A DNA stretch of 64,000 bases from Chiloscyllium plagiosum. Taxonomy: Eukaryota. Where the stretch lies: assembly GCF_004010195.1 (NCBI RefSeq), contig NC_057718.1, forward strand, positions 11,639,186 to 11,703,185, in the 5' to 3' direction. Both the position numbers and the translations under genes were made by a program. The notes beneath the pieces are model-generated. The model did no database searches and was not told the origin of the DNA. It saw nothing but the letters and a program-made list of their open reading frames with translations. Positions 12,011-26,179 of the stretch are shown here, one piece after another; position 1 is the first letter of the stretch, and every line of letters begins with the position of its first letter.

Positions 12011-13804
12011 TCAAACTTTTTAAATTCTGTTTTCCCTTCTGCTCCCTTGTCAATTTAAACTATTTTGTTTCCACCTCTCTTTTTCTTTTTATTTCTTTTT
12101 TCCTCTTCTTTTCTTCCAATTCAAGCATTTTGAATCTTAGCTAATTGTTGTGATGGTACATCAATTGCAGGCCTCCCTCATTTTAATTCTGAATCACTTT
12201 CAGCTTATCGCGTGCTTCATGCAAGGAACATCAGAAATAGATACAGGAGTAGGCCAATCAGCCCCTTGAGCCTTCTACACCCGTCATATGTCACTGGACA
12301 GTCATACAAACAGCCTTCTACCACTGGCCTCTGTCTCCTCCATTTTGGATCCAACCTTCCAAGTTTTCCTGGATTCGATGTGTTTTTAGGGAAGGCATTC
12401 CATGATTGTGATCCACTGAACATGGAACAAAAGAGAGTATTCTCTTATCATTGAGTCTCAGGGAAGGCTATGTCCTTGGCCGGGATCAATGCAAAATGCT
12501 GAGTGCTAGGCTGTTGGGAATTATAGATATTTCCCTAATCAACCTGCCCAGAGATATTACAACACACCTCTGCAGCAGGATGAGACTGAAACCTGGGTTT
12601 TCTGACTCAGTGCACTGCCACTGCACCACAAGGAGCCCTATTAAACAATACTGACATGCCTGACCTTCCAAGAGCAGCTGTTGGCTTTAATTTAGAAACA
12701 TAAAAAAACCCAAGGTGTCTAAAGCAGAAATTGTAAGGTGATAAATTTAATCTCTGATGAGCCAGAGGATAGAATAGATAGCATAGCAATTTATTGTCAC
12801 TTGTATTTATGAAAATACAGTGAGATGTGTATAAGTCACCAAATTTTCCTGAATCAAAAAACTGAAATCACATCTCAAGTGCACAATCTTTCCTTTTCCA
12901 CTGAGTTTAACGTTGAAAGAGTATCGCCTTTTCTTCGAAATGTTGCAACTTGTCTTGCTAGTCTCCTTTCCTGAAGTTTTTATGCTCACAATGTACAGAC
13001 GCCTTCACAGTGGAATCATTTCATTGGGACTTTCACAGACAAGTGGAAAAATGTGATGCTGAAACACCATGAATGACCAAGGAATCCAGGACAGGGCGCA
13101 GTTGGCTCACGCAGTCTGCTAATGGTTCTTCATTGGTTTGAAAGTAAACAGGGAAACATAGATTTAGTTTAGAAACAAAACGTCGAGATTCATTCTAAAG
13201 AATTCAAACTAAAATTGATGCCAGAGTCTCCTGTGTGCAATAGCGACAGAGACATTATTGCGATGGTGTGAAGGAAAGGTCTAGATGATTGTAAATAAAC
13301 ACAGGCTAAATGTGACCTGGATCTGACTCTGGCAGAGGCTAGAGAGGAATGATTGATTCTCGGGAAACCCGAGCAGATTGGAACTGACACACACTCTCGG
13401 CGCCCAGTGTAAAACGAGGCACTGAGCTGGAAGCCAGGCTCAGTCAGAGCAAACAGACGAAAGATATTCCCGGGCTAAACCAGTCAAACAGTGAGAGGCC
13501 CTGCTGACATACAGGCCTTGCACAGTGGGCTTTGTGTGTGTGTGTTTAAATCTAGCAGTATCCTCAGATGTTTGCTATTAGCGCACTAACGGTAGCAGCG
13601 AGACCCAGCTCTCTGCCAGGAGTTTGACAGAACTGTAAATTATCCCAGTTGCACAATAAGGCGCAGTCCATCGTGGCTTCTAACCCAACGCAGAGCAGAT
13701 GACAGACTCCAACAGTGCCAAGTGAGCTCTGGCTTGTACATTTATAAAAGCAAAAAAAAAGGAGAGGGGGTATTTTAGACTCAAGGAAAACAAATCACTG
13801 TTAC

Positions 13805-14055
13805 CTTTCTGCCCCACTGAACAAAGGATGGGATGGGGGAGGGTCTCCCTGAGATAGACACAAAGGGATTTCTGACCAAGCTGCTGAAGTTAAACCAAGT
13901 TCCTCCTCTCTCTCGCTCTCGCCACCAGGAAGCTGGGTGGGAGGAGCTTTTGGCTTTGGGTCCCTGGGCACTAAGGGTGCTTGCTCCCAGCTCTCAAGCT
14001 GCACAGCTCCAGGGCTTGTTAAAATGCAGGAATGCTGCTGTATGAGCATTTAGCC
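13805..14055 (-). other. candidate spliced exon (possibly a first coding exon) of an unidentified host gene
   Basis: The minus strand has a polypyrimidine acceptor TTTTATATTTTTAACAG and a donor AAAG|GTAAC. An ATG at 14049 reads open to the donor. The context is non-repetitive and the peptide is unrecognised. Confidence 0.3.
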
Positions 14056-15479
14056 CTGTTAAAAATATAAAACCACAGGCGGAAAATCCGACACGCAGGA
14101 GATTCCAATGTATTTTGTTTAAATTCTCTGTTCGCTCAATTACTTTGTGGGAATTTTGTCCAACAAGCCTGTTTTGTTGGGCTAGTCTTGCTGTGCTGCT
14201 GCTTTCTGGTAGAACTCAGGGAAAGGTGTTGGATAAGAGAGGCTCAATCTTTCATTAAACGTTGTGCTAATCCCAACAGACCCTCATGGCAGCTCTCCAA
14301 TTAGAGAGAGACGACAACAGGTGCTGAGTTTAACTTGAGAGTCACCAAACTTCAGGTAAGGGGAAAGCTAACCTCAGCCTGCTTGGGAATGTGAACGTAG
14401 GCTGTTGGTATTACTCTGCATTGTTAACCGGCCATTCAACTAACTGAGCTAACTGACTCCCAACACCAAAATTCTCAGGTGACGAGGTTATCCCATGTTA
14501 GCCACTAGGTAGATGAGGCAAACTGGGAATCCAAACGTGGCCAAGAACATTTCTGATGAACAAATGGAAGTTCCATTCATATGTGGTCCCAGCACAGCAT
14601 TTGCAGCGTGACCTCCTGCCCTGAGATAGTACAACAGTTTGGACTGTGTGGGTAGTAGCCATGTCATGGATTGTTACCCTTGCTGCTAAACTGTAATTCC
14701 ATCACTGCTCATATGATGCACTCAAAATGTGCAATTCAAACTTGAGGTCGTTTGTTAAAATGGCAAAACAAAATGCAGAATGTGTGAACCTATTTTGTTT
14801 GTTGTGAACCTATTTTGTTTGCCCAGTCATTGAACTAATCTGACACAGGTTAAATATATATGTCGATTTGGAAGTAAATGTATACAAATAAAGATAGAAA
14901 TAAATCGGCAAATTCAAGCTGGACTTCATTTCCAACTCTGCACTTTCCACCTTCTGGTCACAATATTAGGATTAACAACTTCAGATCATTAACTCTATCC
15001 TCCATTTCAATACACATATACATTTCTTTTCCCCCAGTGCCCATTGCATTTTTTTCGCCTTAAATTAGAGCTGATTTTTATTCTGCAATTGCCACCTGCT
15101 CTGGATAAATGCTTTATTCTTTCTCTACAACCAGTACCGCTCCTTTTGTATTTTGTCCCATGACAGTTTTGATGTCTGATCTCCTTCGCCCTCTAACCAT
15201 CCCCTGTCCTAACTAATTCCCTCTCCTCCATTTTCCACTGCCCCTCTTTCTCAACAGCATAAAGCCCATCCCATTTCCACTGCTCGTCAGTTCTGAAGAA
15301 GAGTCACAGTGGATTTGGAGCCTCGATTCAGAATGTTTAAGTGTGATCAGAAACCCTCTGTCTGATCCTTACCTTTACATGAGTGCTCCCTGCCAGCTTA
15401 CTCACTGTCTGTAATGGTGATAGAGGCAGAAACACTCACAATGTTTAAGAAGTATTCAGACATGCACTTGTGAGGCAAA

Positions 15480-15592
15480 GGGCTTTTGCCCGAAACATTG
15501 ACTCTCCTGCTCCTGAGATGCCACCTAATCTGCTGTGCTTTTCCAGCACCCCACTCTCGACTCTCCAGCATCTGCAGTCCTCATGTTCGCCC
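15480..15592 (+). mobile_element. short Penelope-derived terminal-repeat fragment
   Basis: GGGCTTTTGCCCGAAAC...GCTTTTCCAGCAC...CAGCATCTGCAGTCCTC, flanked by the imperfect repeat TGTGAG(G/A)CAAA. Confidence 0.65.
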
Positions 15593-16089
15593 TGTGAGAC
15601 AAAAGAAAGAGGACTATGGCTTAGAATTGTTAGTTGCTTGTTTTTTGACTGGTACAGATTCGATGCCCAGAAAGATCTTTTTCTGTGCGGTGTCCTGATG
15701 AGCTGAATCTGCAGGAGATGCCTGGAATTTTGGAATTCCCTTGGGTTAACCACTCAGCATCTACAACTACCTGCAATAGTCCCCATCTCAAAGTTGGAGT
15801 TGGATATTTTGGAGGATTCCAATTCAATTTAGCTTGATAGTCACATAGCAAAAGTTAAAGGATTAAAAGCTGCTTAATCTCCCCATTAACTACTAAACAA
15901 GAACCCAGAATTGCCATTGACCCCAGCCCTTGACCCAATGACCCAGTCCTGACTCACTATACACCCACATCCACCTGATCTAATACCCCACTCCCTCACC
16001 ATGAACCAGATGTCCCTTACTCAATCAAGATCCCATAGTACTCGCAGACAACTTCTTCACTGCCCCCATACCATCAATTAGCAAACTTA

Positions 16090-17890
16090 ATAACCATCTC
16101 TCCTATATTCTCTTCCAACCTGATGTACAACAGTGGACCTGGCATTGATACTTTCAGCATATTGTGTTCACCTGTATCTGGTCTAAACAACAATCCTCTA
16201 CCATCACCCTTTGCATCTGACCATCAAGCCAATTTTGTGTCCAACTGGTGAGCTCTCACTGGATCCCCTGTGATCTAACCTTATCAAAGAGTCTTACCAT
16301 GTCATACCTGTTGAAAGCCTTGTTAAAGTCCATGTAGACAATGTTTACTTTACTGCCCTCTTCTATCTTTTTGCTTACATCCTCAAAAAACTCAATCAAG
16401 TTTGTGAGACATAATTACCCATGCACAAAGCCATACTGACAACCCATAACCATCCTCATCTTTCCAAATGTGTGTAGATCCTGTCCCTCAGAGTCCCCTC
16501 CAACAACTTATCCACCAATGATGTTGGGTTCATCGGTCTGTAATTCCCTGGCTTTTCCTTACAGCTTTTCTTAAATAATGGCATGACACTCCAGTCTTCC
16601 AGCACCTCACCCATGGCTATCGATGATATAAATATCTCCACTAGGGGACGTGCAATTTCACCCCAAGCTTCCACAATGCCCTGGGATAGACTTGATCAGA
16701 TCCCAGGGATTTATCTCTCTTTTGTGCATTTTAAGACCTCCAGCACCTCCTCTTTTGCCATGTGGGCTTTATTCAAGACATCACTATTTACTTCCTTGAG
16801 TTCCCTAACTTCCATCTGTTTCTCCACAGTAAATACAGATGAGAAATATTTATTTAGGATCTGACCCATCTCCTGTGGATCCACACATAGAGGATCTCGT
16901 TGATCTATAAGGGATCTTATTCTCTCCTTAGTTACTCTTTTGCCCTTAATATACTTGTAGAATCTCTTTGAATTCTTCTTTAACATTTATCTGCCATATC
17001 TCATGTCCTGTTTCCCCTCTTAAGTGTATTCCTTCATTGGTCAGAGTATTGTGTACAGGAGTTGGGAGGTCATGTTGCAGCTGTACAGGACACTGGTTAG
17101 GCCATTGTTGGTCTCCTTCCTATCGGAAAGATGTTGTGAAACTTGAAAGGGTTCAGAAAAGATCTACAAGGATGTTGCCAGGGTTGGAGGATTTGAGCTA
17201 TAGGGAGAGACTGGATGTTTTCCCTGGAGGCTGAGAGGTGACCTTATAGAAGTTTATAAAATCATGAGGGACATGGATAGGATAAATAGGATCTTTTCCC
17301 TGGGGTGGGGGAGCCCAGAACTAGAAGGCATAGGTTTAGGGTGAGAGGGGAAAGATATGAAAGAGACCTAAGAGGCAATGTTTTCACGCAGAGGGTGTTA
17401 CATGTATGAAATGAGCTGCCAGAGGAAGTGGTGGAGGCTGGTATAATTGCAACATTTAAAAGGCATTTGGATAGGTATATGAATAGGAAGGGTTTGGAGG
17501 AATATGGGCTGGGTGCTGGCAGGTGGGACTAGATTGTGTTGGGATATCTGGTCGGCATGGACGATTTGGACCGAAGGGTCTGTTCTGTGCCTTACATCTC
17601 TATGACTCTAATACCCCCAAAGTCCTCAAGGGATTCACTTGATCCCAACCATCTCTACCTGGCAAATGCCTCTTTCTTTTTCCCGGATCAAGGCCTCACT
17701 TTCTCTCGTCATCCAGTGTTCCCTAAACCTGCCAACCTTGCCCCACAATACAAGGACAATGCTGTCCCTGAACTCTTCCTTTCATGCTTTTAAAGGTCTC
17801 CCCCTTTACCTGAAAACAGCCTCCCCCAATCAACTTCTGAAAGTTTCTGTCTAATAACATCAAAATTGGCCTTGCCCCAATTAACATGTG
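16090..17890 (-). mobile_element. CR1 ORF2 fragment (minus), interrupted by a plus-strand CR1 3' end
   Basis: Minus-strand KKNSKRFYKYIKGKR, ILNKYFSSVFT and PGNYRPMN. The element resumes at ~17610 on the far side of the insertion. Confidence 0.85.
17030..17610 (+). mobile_element. CR1 3' fragment
   Basis: WSPSYRKDVVKLERVQKRSTRMLPGLE followed by a 3' UTR ending TCTATGACTCT. Confidence 0.88.
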
Positions 17891-18369
17891 GAGCAGGCTG
17901 GTTGAGGAACGCTTAAAAAAAGTTCATGACTCACAACTAAGGAGATCCCAGTGAAGAGGAAGGATTGCAGGAGGGAGATTGTGGTTAAGCAAACAAGTTA
18001 AGGATAGTATCAAATTGAAAGAAAAAGCATACAGTGTGGCAAATATTGGTGGTAAACCATCATTCGGAAAGTTTGGAAAACCAAAGAAAGTTGACCAAAA
18101 AGATAATAAACGGAGGAAAATAAATTCTGAGATTAAACTATCAAGTAACATAAAAAGAAGGATAGTAAGAGCTCCTTTGAATATAAAACAAGGAAGATAG
18201 AGTCAAACTGACGATAAGCCTCTTAGAGAATAAAGCTGGGAGATAATAATGGAGAACCAGGAAATGAAAGGAGTTGAATCAATACTTTGCATCAATCCCC
18301 ATGGTAGAAGACATTGATAGAGTCAAAGGGGTCTATGGCACAGGAAAAGGTCCCTGAGCCATTGATCTG

Positions 18370-19500
18370 CCCTTAAACAAGTTACCATTGTCGAGGAGGG
18401 TCTGCCTACTGAGTCAGTACGGGTGGAAATTAGGAACAGTAAGGGAGCAGTCACCTCATTAGGGGTTTACTACAGGCCCCCCAATAGCAGCAGGGAGATT
18501 GAAGAAAGCGTAGGTCAGCAGATTTGGGAAAAGTGTGAATGTTGTTGTAATGGGTGACTTTAACTTTCCCAATATTGATTGGAACCTCCTTCAAGCAGAT
18601 GGTTTAGAAGGGGCTGTTATTATAAGGGGTGTTCAGGAGGGTTTCCTAACTCAGTATGTTGACAGGCTGACAAGGGGAGAGGCCATTTTGGATTTGGTGC
18701 ACGGCAATGAGCCGGGGCAGGTGACAGATCTTGCAGTGGGAGAGCATTTTGGTGATAGTGACCACAACTGCCTCACATTCTACATAGCTATGGAGAAGGA
18801 GAGAAGCAGGCACAATGGGAGGATATTTAATTGGGGAAAAGGAAACTTTGAAACTATCAGACGTGAGTTGGGAAGCATGGACTGGGAGCAACTGTTCCAT
18901 GGAAAGGACACTATAGACATGTGGGGACTGTTTAAGGAACAGCTGTTGCGAGTAATGCACAAATGTGTTCCTCTGAGACAGGCAAGAAGGGGTAAGATAG
19001 AGGATCCTTGGTTGATGAGAGCGCTCCTCCGCTCTCATCAAAAGAAAGAAGGCAGCTTACATAAGGTGGAGGAAGCAAGGATCTTGCTCAGCTCTAGAGG
19101 ATTACAGGCAGGCGAGGAAGGAGCTCAAAACTGGTCTGAGGAGAGCCAGGAGGGGGCACGAAAAAGGCTTGGCAGGAAGGATTAGGAAGAATCCAAAGGC
19201 ATTTTACTCGTATGTGAGGAATAAGAGAATGATCAAAGAAAGAGTAGGGCCGATCAGGGATAGCATAGGGAACTTGTGTATAGAGTCTGAGGAGGTAGGG
19301 GAAGAATGAACTGCCAAAAGAAGTGGTGCAACCTGGTACAATTACAACATCTGGATGGGTATATGAATAGAAAGGGAAATGGGCCAAATGCTGGCAAGTG
19401 GGACTAGATTACTTTAGGATCTCTGGTCGACATGGGCAAGTTGGACCAAAGGGTCTGTGTCCATGCTGTACAGCTCCACGACTCTATGAGTCTATAACCC
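18370..19500 (+). mobile_element. CR1 ORF2 fragment (AP endonuclease plus linker) joined to a CR1 3' tail
   Basis: GVYYRPPNS, VVVMGDFNFPNIDW, AILDLV and FGDSDHN are AP-endonuclease motifs. Confidence 0.9.
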
Positions 19501-19769
19501 CACGACAACTCATCTACTGCCCAAATGCAGCCAAAGCTCCTCCAAACAATCATGTCAGGGTTGTCTCAGCCTTCTGGTTAACCACCAACCTACAAAAATC
19601 AAGCCTTCTCTGTTAGAATGTGCTCTGGAAATCCTCTGGAAAAGCTGACACATGCTGTATACAAAGTTAAAGTGGCAGTTGTATCAATATGTCACCAAAT
19701 TTGTCTGTGATCGATCACCTTTGCTCAAATACCTGGTGGAATTAACTAAATATATTCAGAAAGATCAGA

Positions 19770-20735
19770 AATGATCATTATTAATGACTTGACTGAGGGG
19801 ATTGAAGGATGGGTCAGCATGTTTGCAGATGACACAAAGGTTGGAGGTGTTGTTGACAGTATAGAGGGCTGTTGTAGGCTGCAGCGGGACATTGACAGGG
19901 TGCAGAGATGGGCTGAGAGGTGGCAGATGGAGTTCAACCTGGATAAGTGCGAGGTGATGCATTTTGGAAGGTCGAATTTGAAAGCTGAGTACAGGATTAA
20001 GGATAGGATTCTTGGTAGTGTGGAGGAACAGAGGGATCTTGGTGTGCAGGTACATAGATCCCTTAAAATGGCCACCCAAGTGGACAGGGTTGTTAAGAAA
20101 CCATATGGTGTTTTGGCTTTCATTAACAGGGGGATTGAGTTTAAGAGTCATGAGATCTTGTTGCAGCTGTAAAAAGCTTTGGTTAGACCGCACTTGGAAT
20201 ACTGTGTCTAGTTCTGGTCGCTCTATTATACAAAAGATGTGGATGCTTTGGAAAGGGTTCAGAGGAGGTTTACCAGGATGCTGCCTGGACTGGAGGGCTT
20301 ATCTTACGAAGAGAGGTTGACTGAGCTCGGACTTTTTTCATTGGAGAAAAGGAGGAACAGAGGGGACCTGATTGAGGTGTACAAGATAACGAGAGGCATA
20401 GATAGGGTTGATAGCCAGAAACTTTTTCCCAGGGCAGAAATTGTTAAGACGAGGAGTCATAGTTTTAAGCTGTTTGGCGGAAAGTATAGAGGGGATGTCA
20501 GAGGCAGGATCTTTACACAGAGAGTTGTGAGAGCATGGAATGCATTGCCAGCAGCAGTTGTGGAAGCAAGGTCATTGGGGATATTTAAGACACTGCTGGA
20601 CATGCATATGGTCACAGAAATTTGAGGGTTCATACATTAGGTTTGCCTTACATGAGGATCTGTGGTTGACACAACATCGTGGGCTGAAGGGCCTGTTCTG
20701 TGCTGTACTGTCCTATGTTCTATGTTCTATGTTCA
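19770..20735 (+). mobile_element. CR1 3' part (RT C-terminus plus 3' UTR with a TATGTTC tail)
   Basis: INDL, MFADDTKVGG, WQMEFNLDKCEVMHFG and LERVQRRFTRMLPGL, ending in (TATGTTC)3. Confidence 0.93.
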
Positions 20736-21129
20736 AACCAAGAAACAGCGTTAGCTCTTCTCTCGTCCTCTGGGATCTCTCCTGTGATTAGAGAGGATGC
20801 AAAAGATTTTGTACAAGGCCCCAGCAACTTCCTCATCTGCCTCTCTCAACATTCTGGGATAGATTTGATGAGGTCCTGGGGATTTGTCTACCTAAATGCT
20901 TTTCAAAACACCCTACAACTCCTTTTTGATATCGACGTGCCCTGGACTATCAAAGTATACCAGCCCCACCCCCAGACTCACCATCCATCATGTCCTTCTC
21001 CTTTACACCCACATTCTCTTACTCCATGCATAAATTCTCTCCTCTGTCTTTGAGTGGACCTAGCCTTTGCCTAGCTACTGTCTTACTCCTTACATATGTA
21101 TAAATTGCACTGGGATTTTCCTTAATCTT

Positions 21130-21920
21130 CAATAGGTTAAGTGAGCAGGCAAAGATCTACAAAATGGAATTTAAAGTGGGAAAGTTATGAAATTGTTCAC
21201 TTTGGCAAAAAGCATAAAGAGTGTATTATTAAAATGGTGAGAGGTTGCAGAGCAATCTGGTGTCCTAGCACATGAAACACAGGTTCAGCAGGTGACGTTT
21301 GGTATGCTTTCCTTTGTTGGTCAGTGCATTGAGTGTAGGAGCTGGGAGGTCATGTTGCAGCTGTACAGGACATGGGTTAGGCTCCTGTTGGAATACTGCA
21401 TGCAGTTCTGGTCTCCTTGCTATCGGAAGGATGTTGTGAAACTTGAAACGGTCCAGACATGATTCACAAGCATGTTGCCAGGGTTAGAGGGTTTGAGCTT
21501 TCAGGCGAGGCTGAATAGCCTGGGGCTATTTTCCCTGGAACGTTGGAGGCTGAGGGGTGACCTTATAGTGGTTTATAAAAGCATGATGGGCATGGATAGG
21601 ATAAATAGACAAAGTCTTTTTCCTGGGGTGGGGGAGTCCAGAACTAGAGGGCATAGGTTTAGGGAGGGAGGGGAAAGATTGAAAAGGGACCTGAGGGGCA
21701 GCTTTTTCACACAGAGGGTGATCCATGCAGAGGAAACGGTGGAGGCTGGTACAATTACAGCATTTAAAAGGCATCTGAATGGGTACATGAATAGGAAGGG
21801 TTTAGAGGGATATGGGCCAAATGCTGGTAAATGGGACGAGATCAGGAAGGATATCTGGTCGGCATGGATGAGTTGGACCGAGAGGTCTGTTTCTGTGCTG
21901 TATATCTCTATGACTATAAG
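21130..21920 (+). mobile_element. CR1 3' fragments
   Basis: MLPGLEGLS...LGLFSLE..RLRGDLI...TRGHRF followed by the 3' UTR. Confidence 0.85.
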
Positions 21921-22737
21921 TGACTCCAGTCCCATGCCAATGTGGGGTCTCTTAATAATTCTCTGGTATAGTGCAGTAAGCCACTCACTTAAAGCAGATC
22001 CATCAGTAAGGGTGGACAGCAAAGGCCAGTTTTCCTAGTGATGGCCACCTTCTGAACATTAATGAAATATATCATCCCAATACATTGAGTTGTCCTAAAA
22101 TGCTAATCGAAGGAGTTACTCAGTTTTAAGTGGAATGACTGTTGTTATAAAGGCAAATGGGGCAGACCTTGGGCAATGACAATGTTTAATCTGCATTTGA
22201 ACGAAACACCAGTCCCTCTGTGGTGGTGCCAGTCACGGGGAGGAATATCGACCAGGAAACTGGGCAGATTCCTCCCAAATGAAAACAGAAGTTCCTGACA
22301 TTTGCTCCATTGTGACTCACCAACACAATGCCAGGACCTGTGGCGAATGCATTCCTACAAGTTGACATTTATTCCCAATGAACAGCAAGAAGTGCCGATA
22401 GGAGAAGAGCAGGCTGGAGTTTGGATTGTGGCTGTATTGGCCTGCTGTCCTCACTGAGATGGCAACGGTGAGCTGCGGCAACTGTTCACAATCCCCCCTC
22501 CCCCCACCACCCCCGGCAGTCGGTCATCAATCATGGAGGGATGGAGGGAGTGGGTGGGGTGGTAATTGGTTTGAAGGAGGATCTGGTAGATTCACCAGAT
22601 TAATCCACCAATTGGCCAGTTATAGGTCCCTCCTGAGTGCCTTAAACAATTAGGCTGGTGTGAAGTTCTCTGATGCGTTAACACATGAGCCCTGGCACTT
22701 AGATTGTGACTAAACCATTCCATTCTTATTGTCTTCT

Positions 22738-23166
22738 GGATGCAGGTTTGCTCGCTGAGCTGAAAGGTTCATTTCCAGATGTTCCATTACCTTACTAGGT
22801 AATATTTTCAGTGGACCTCATGCCAAACAATACTGAAAATTCCTGCTTTCTATTTATCTGTTTGGGTTTCTTTGGGTTGGTGATGTCATTTCCTGTGTTG
22901 AAGTCACTTCCTGCCCCTTTTCTCAGGGGGTGGTGGTGGACCCCATCTACCACCCCTTGACAAAAGGAGCAGGGAAATGACATCACCAAACCAAAAAACC
23001 CAAACACATAAAGAGAAAGCAGGAATTTTCAGCATTGCTTCGCCTGAGGCTCACTGAGGATGTTACCGAGTAAGGTAATGGAACGTCTGGAAATGAACCT
23101 TCCAGCTCAGTGAGAAAACCTACATCCACAACTTCAACCTGAGCTACAAATCTTCTCAAAACTCAC
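22738..23166. mobile_element. fold-back Penelope-derived element with a degenerate hammerhead motif
   Basis: Inverted arms (22739-22925 versus ~22960-23128) and the TSD ATTGTCTTCT (22728-22737 and 23167-23176). The terminus matches that of the GIY-YIG-coding copy at 37718. Confidence 0.8.
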
Positions 23167-24217
23167 ATTGTCTTCTCTTGAGCTCCTTCACTTCATTCAT
23201 TATCATTGTTTGTCATACTAGTAGTTGAACCTTGGAGCAGAACACAGTTTCTGGAATTTGCTGTTGAATATAGGGGCCATTGTATCCTCCAGATCTCACT
23301 TTGTTTAATATGACCCTCACAGATTCTGCATTGGCTGCTGCCCATTTGAAACATATTTTCTCCATAACCATTTTTTTTATGAATTACGTTTTGTTTTTCC
23401 TAAGTTTATTCTGTACAATGTGCTCTCTTATCTCTCCTGAAAAAAAAAAGACATGGGCAAGATTTATTTTTGTTACCAGGAGGAATGTGCATGTCTTGAA
23501 TGGATTTTAAGCTTCTGTTCAAATTTATGCTCCCTACCAGATCAGCTCTGGAGGTTTATCTTTCTTTTGAAACGGACCTGGGAAGGGAACAGAAAGATTA
23601 TGCTTCCCTCCTTACGTGGTGTAGTGTAACAGGGTACAGGGGTGGCCTATGGCCAGGGGTGACTGACTTTATTTTAAAATATTCTTGGGATATGGGCATC
23701 ACTGGGTTAGTGTTTATTGTCCATCCCTTACTGCCTTCAGGAAGCGTACTTGTTGATTTAATAGGAGCCAGTGCTGCTGCATTCCCACATGGTGAGAGTT
23801 TCCACTTGCCAATGGTTCTGCCTCATGAATTCCTGAAAGCGACAGGTCCATATTAAACATGCTAGGGCAGATATATGCGTTTAGCAGTCCTTGCTCATTG
23901 AATGTATTATCATTCTGGAACTACGTTAGTAATCTCACAAACTGTTAGATGAAAGCAGTGAGACTAATTAGAGCTAATCAGTATAGTCTTGATCAGGATG
24001 CATTCAATACCTCCATGTCTGATGGCCTTAATTTGCCAATAATTGACGTAATTATCAATTGCATGTTTTAATAATTGATTAGAGGGACGTCAGACCTCTA
24101 TCGAGGCAAATAAAGCAAGTTTGCGTCAGAGAAGGTTGAAATTGGATAGAGTGACGTCAATGAGATTTGCCTGCTATTATTCATGCATCACAACCACCAA
24201 ACAGACTGAAACAAAAT

Positions 24218-24335
24218 AGGAGAGAGTGAGGACTGCAGACGCTGGAGAACAGAAAGGCTTATGCCCGAAACGTCGATTCTCCTGCTCCTCGAATGCTGCC
24301 TGACCTGCTGTGCTTTTCCAGCACCATACTCTCCA
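24218..24335. mobile_element. short Penelope-derived fold-back fragment
   Basis: GAGAGTGAGGACTGCAGACGCTGGAG followed by the inverted segment GGCTTATGCCCGAAACGTCGATTCTCC...TTTTCCAGCACC. Confidence 0.7.
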
Positions 24336-24339
24336 GAAT

Positions 24340-24940
24340 GAAAAAAAAACTTTACAATGTGCCTTTTGCATCACCAGTCTGTCCCAAAGTGCTTCGTGGC
24401 CAGTGAATAAGGTTTTGAAATGTAGTCACTGTTATAATCTAGGGAAACATGCAAGCCAATGTGTGCACAGCAATATCCTAAAACCTCCAAAGTGATAATG
24501 TGGAGGGAATCTGTTTTCAAACAGACATTTGATTATACAGAACTTGAAAAGAAAAAGTAAACAATTTGTCGAAACCTTTTGTCTTGCATTCAGGCTAATT
24601 CACATGAAATACTGCAAATTGTTCTGATGCATATAAGGTGAAAACCTTGCCAAAATATGCACTTTCCCAGCAACAATCTATTTTGTTGTGATGTTGATAG
24701 AGGGATGAATATTGGCTCGGCCAGGTGTTTTATCTCCCCAGTCTTCAGCAATCTTTTACATCCAATTTAGAGAGCAGCAAAGACCTCTGTTTAATGGTTT
24801 TATCTAAGAGCACCTCAGACAGCACAGCCCGTCAGTACCTTACTGGAGTAATAGCCGAGGTTGCTGTGAGCAGTCCTGCAAGGGGCTTTAACTTTCTTAC
24901 TCAGTGATAAGATCACTACCATCTGAGCCAGAGCTAATAC
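24340..24940 (-). mobile_element. old DeuSINE-like SINE (a related fragment lies at ~915-1130)
   Basis: TCTTTTACATCC...GTTTAATGG...AGCACCTCAGACAGCACAGC...CAGTAC resembles the reverse complement of the Deu-domain as I recall it. Confidence 0.5.
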
Positions 24941-25919
24941 AGCAAATTCAGGAACACATCATTCCATTAGTCTACAAGTAATATCAACCCATCTGTTAAC
25001 TGGTATGGCAAAACATCTTGTCCAATTGATGAGGCGTTATGGGGAAAAGACAGGAAAGTGGAGTTATCAGCCATGATCTCATAGAATGCTGGAGCAGATT
25101 CAAAGGCTTGGAATGGCTTCAATGCTCCTATGACTTGTGGTCTTAAAGGCTAACCTGCCATCCTTCCTGCCCAGGTAACTCAGCAGATCATTCCCTGGCT
25201 TTTAAGACACCTCAACACAGGCATGCTGGGTCTCCGGGAACTGGTGTGGGTCCGAAGATCAGCCGCTTGAAGCTCATTCTGAAGGGGACCTAGCCGTGAG
25301 GAAGTACATTTTCTTCCTTCTCACAGGGTGGGGGTTGCTGGGTGTGGTGGGTCAGGAGTGGGGGGTCAGAGGTAAGGGAAGAGACTGGTCAACCCTCTTT
25401 CCTGCTATAGGTGTCTCCAGTTCTCCTCAGATTGGGCTTCCCCTTGAACTCAGCAGGTAGGTCCCCCTGTTTTCCCAGTTGGGAAAAGAGCCATTTTTCT
25501 GACTTGCTATGGAAGGCAGGTGGTTTGGGAAGGTGATGAGTGGAGGCCCTAAAGTGGCCATTAATTGACCAATTAAGGTCCTTGATTGCTGGCAAACAAT
25601 AAAGTCATCCAATAATAAAGTTATTTTCACTTGGTGTTTTTCACTCACACACACAAACATGGCTGCTGAAGGAAATGAGCACTACTGCTGGGGGGGGGGG
25701 GGAAACAAAAAAAAAATATACCTAGCCAGGAGATAGGTATCTCCTCAGTGGAGGACAGACTCCAAGCTGGCTGGCCACAGCCAGTGTACTGTGACAAAGA
25801 ATTATAAAAATAGTTGTCCAATACATCTAGACAAAAAATCACACAGGCCCAGTATCCTGGAGACCGAGGCTTTAACCCACCAGGGCAGAACTCAGAGAGA
25901 AAGGTCACTCATGAAACTG

Positions 25920-26113
25920 AAATAAACCAAAGGACTGTGGATGCTAGAAATCTGAAACAAAAGCAGAAATTGCTGGAGAAACTCAGCAGGTCTGGCAGCA
26001 TCTATGGAGGGAGAGCAAAGTTTCAGGTCTAGAAGGGTCACACTGACTCTGCTTTCTCTCCACAGAAGCTGCCAGACCTGCTGAGTTTCTCCAGCAATTT
26101 TGGTTTTTGTTTC
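25920..26113. mobile_element. fold-back Penelope-derived element (second subfamily)
   Basis: AAATTGCTGGAGAAACTCAGCAGGTCTGGCAGC is inverted as GCTGCCAGACCTGCTGAGTTTCTCCAGCAATTT. It is related to the termini of the element at 38725-39501. Confidence 0.7.
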
Positions 26114-26179
26114 CCCCCCATGAACCCGCTGACTCAGCACATTGACACAAGTGGTGAGAAGGGTACCTGTTCCTCTCCA

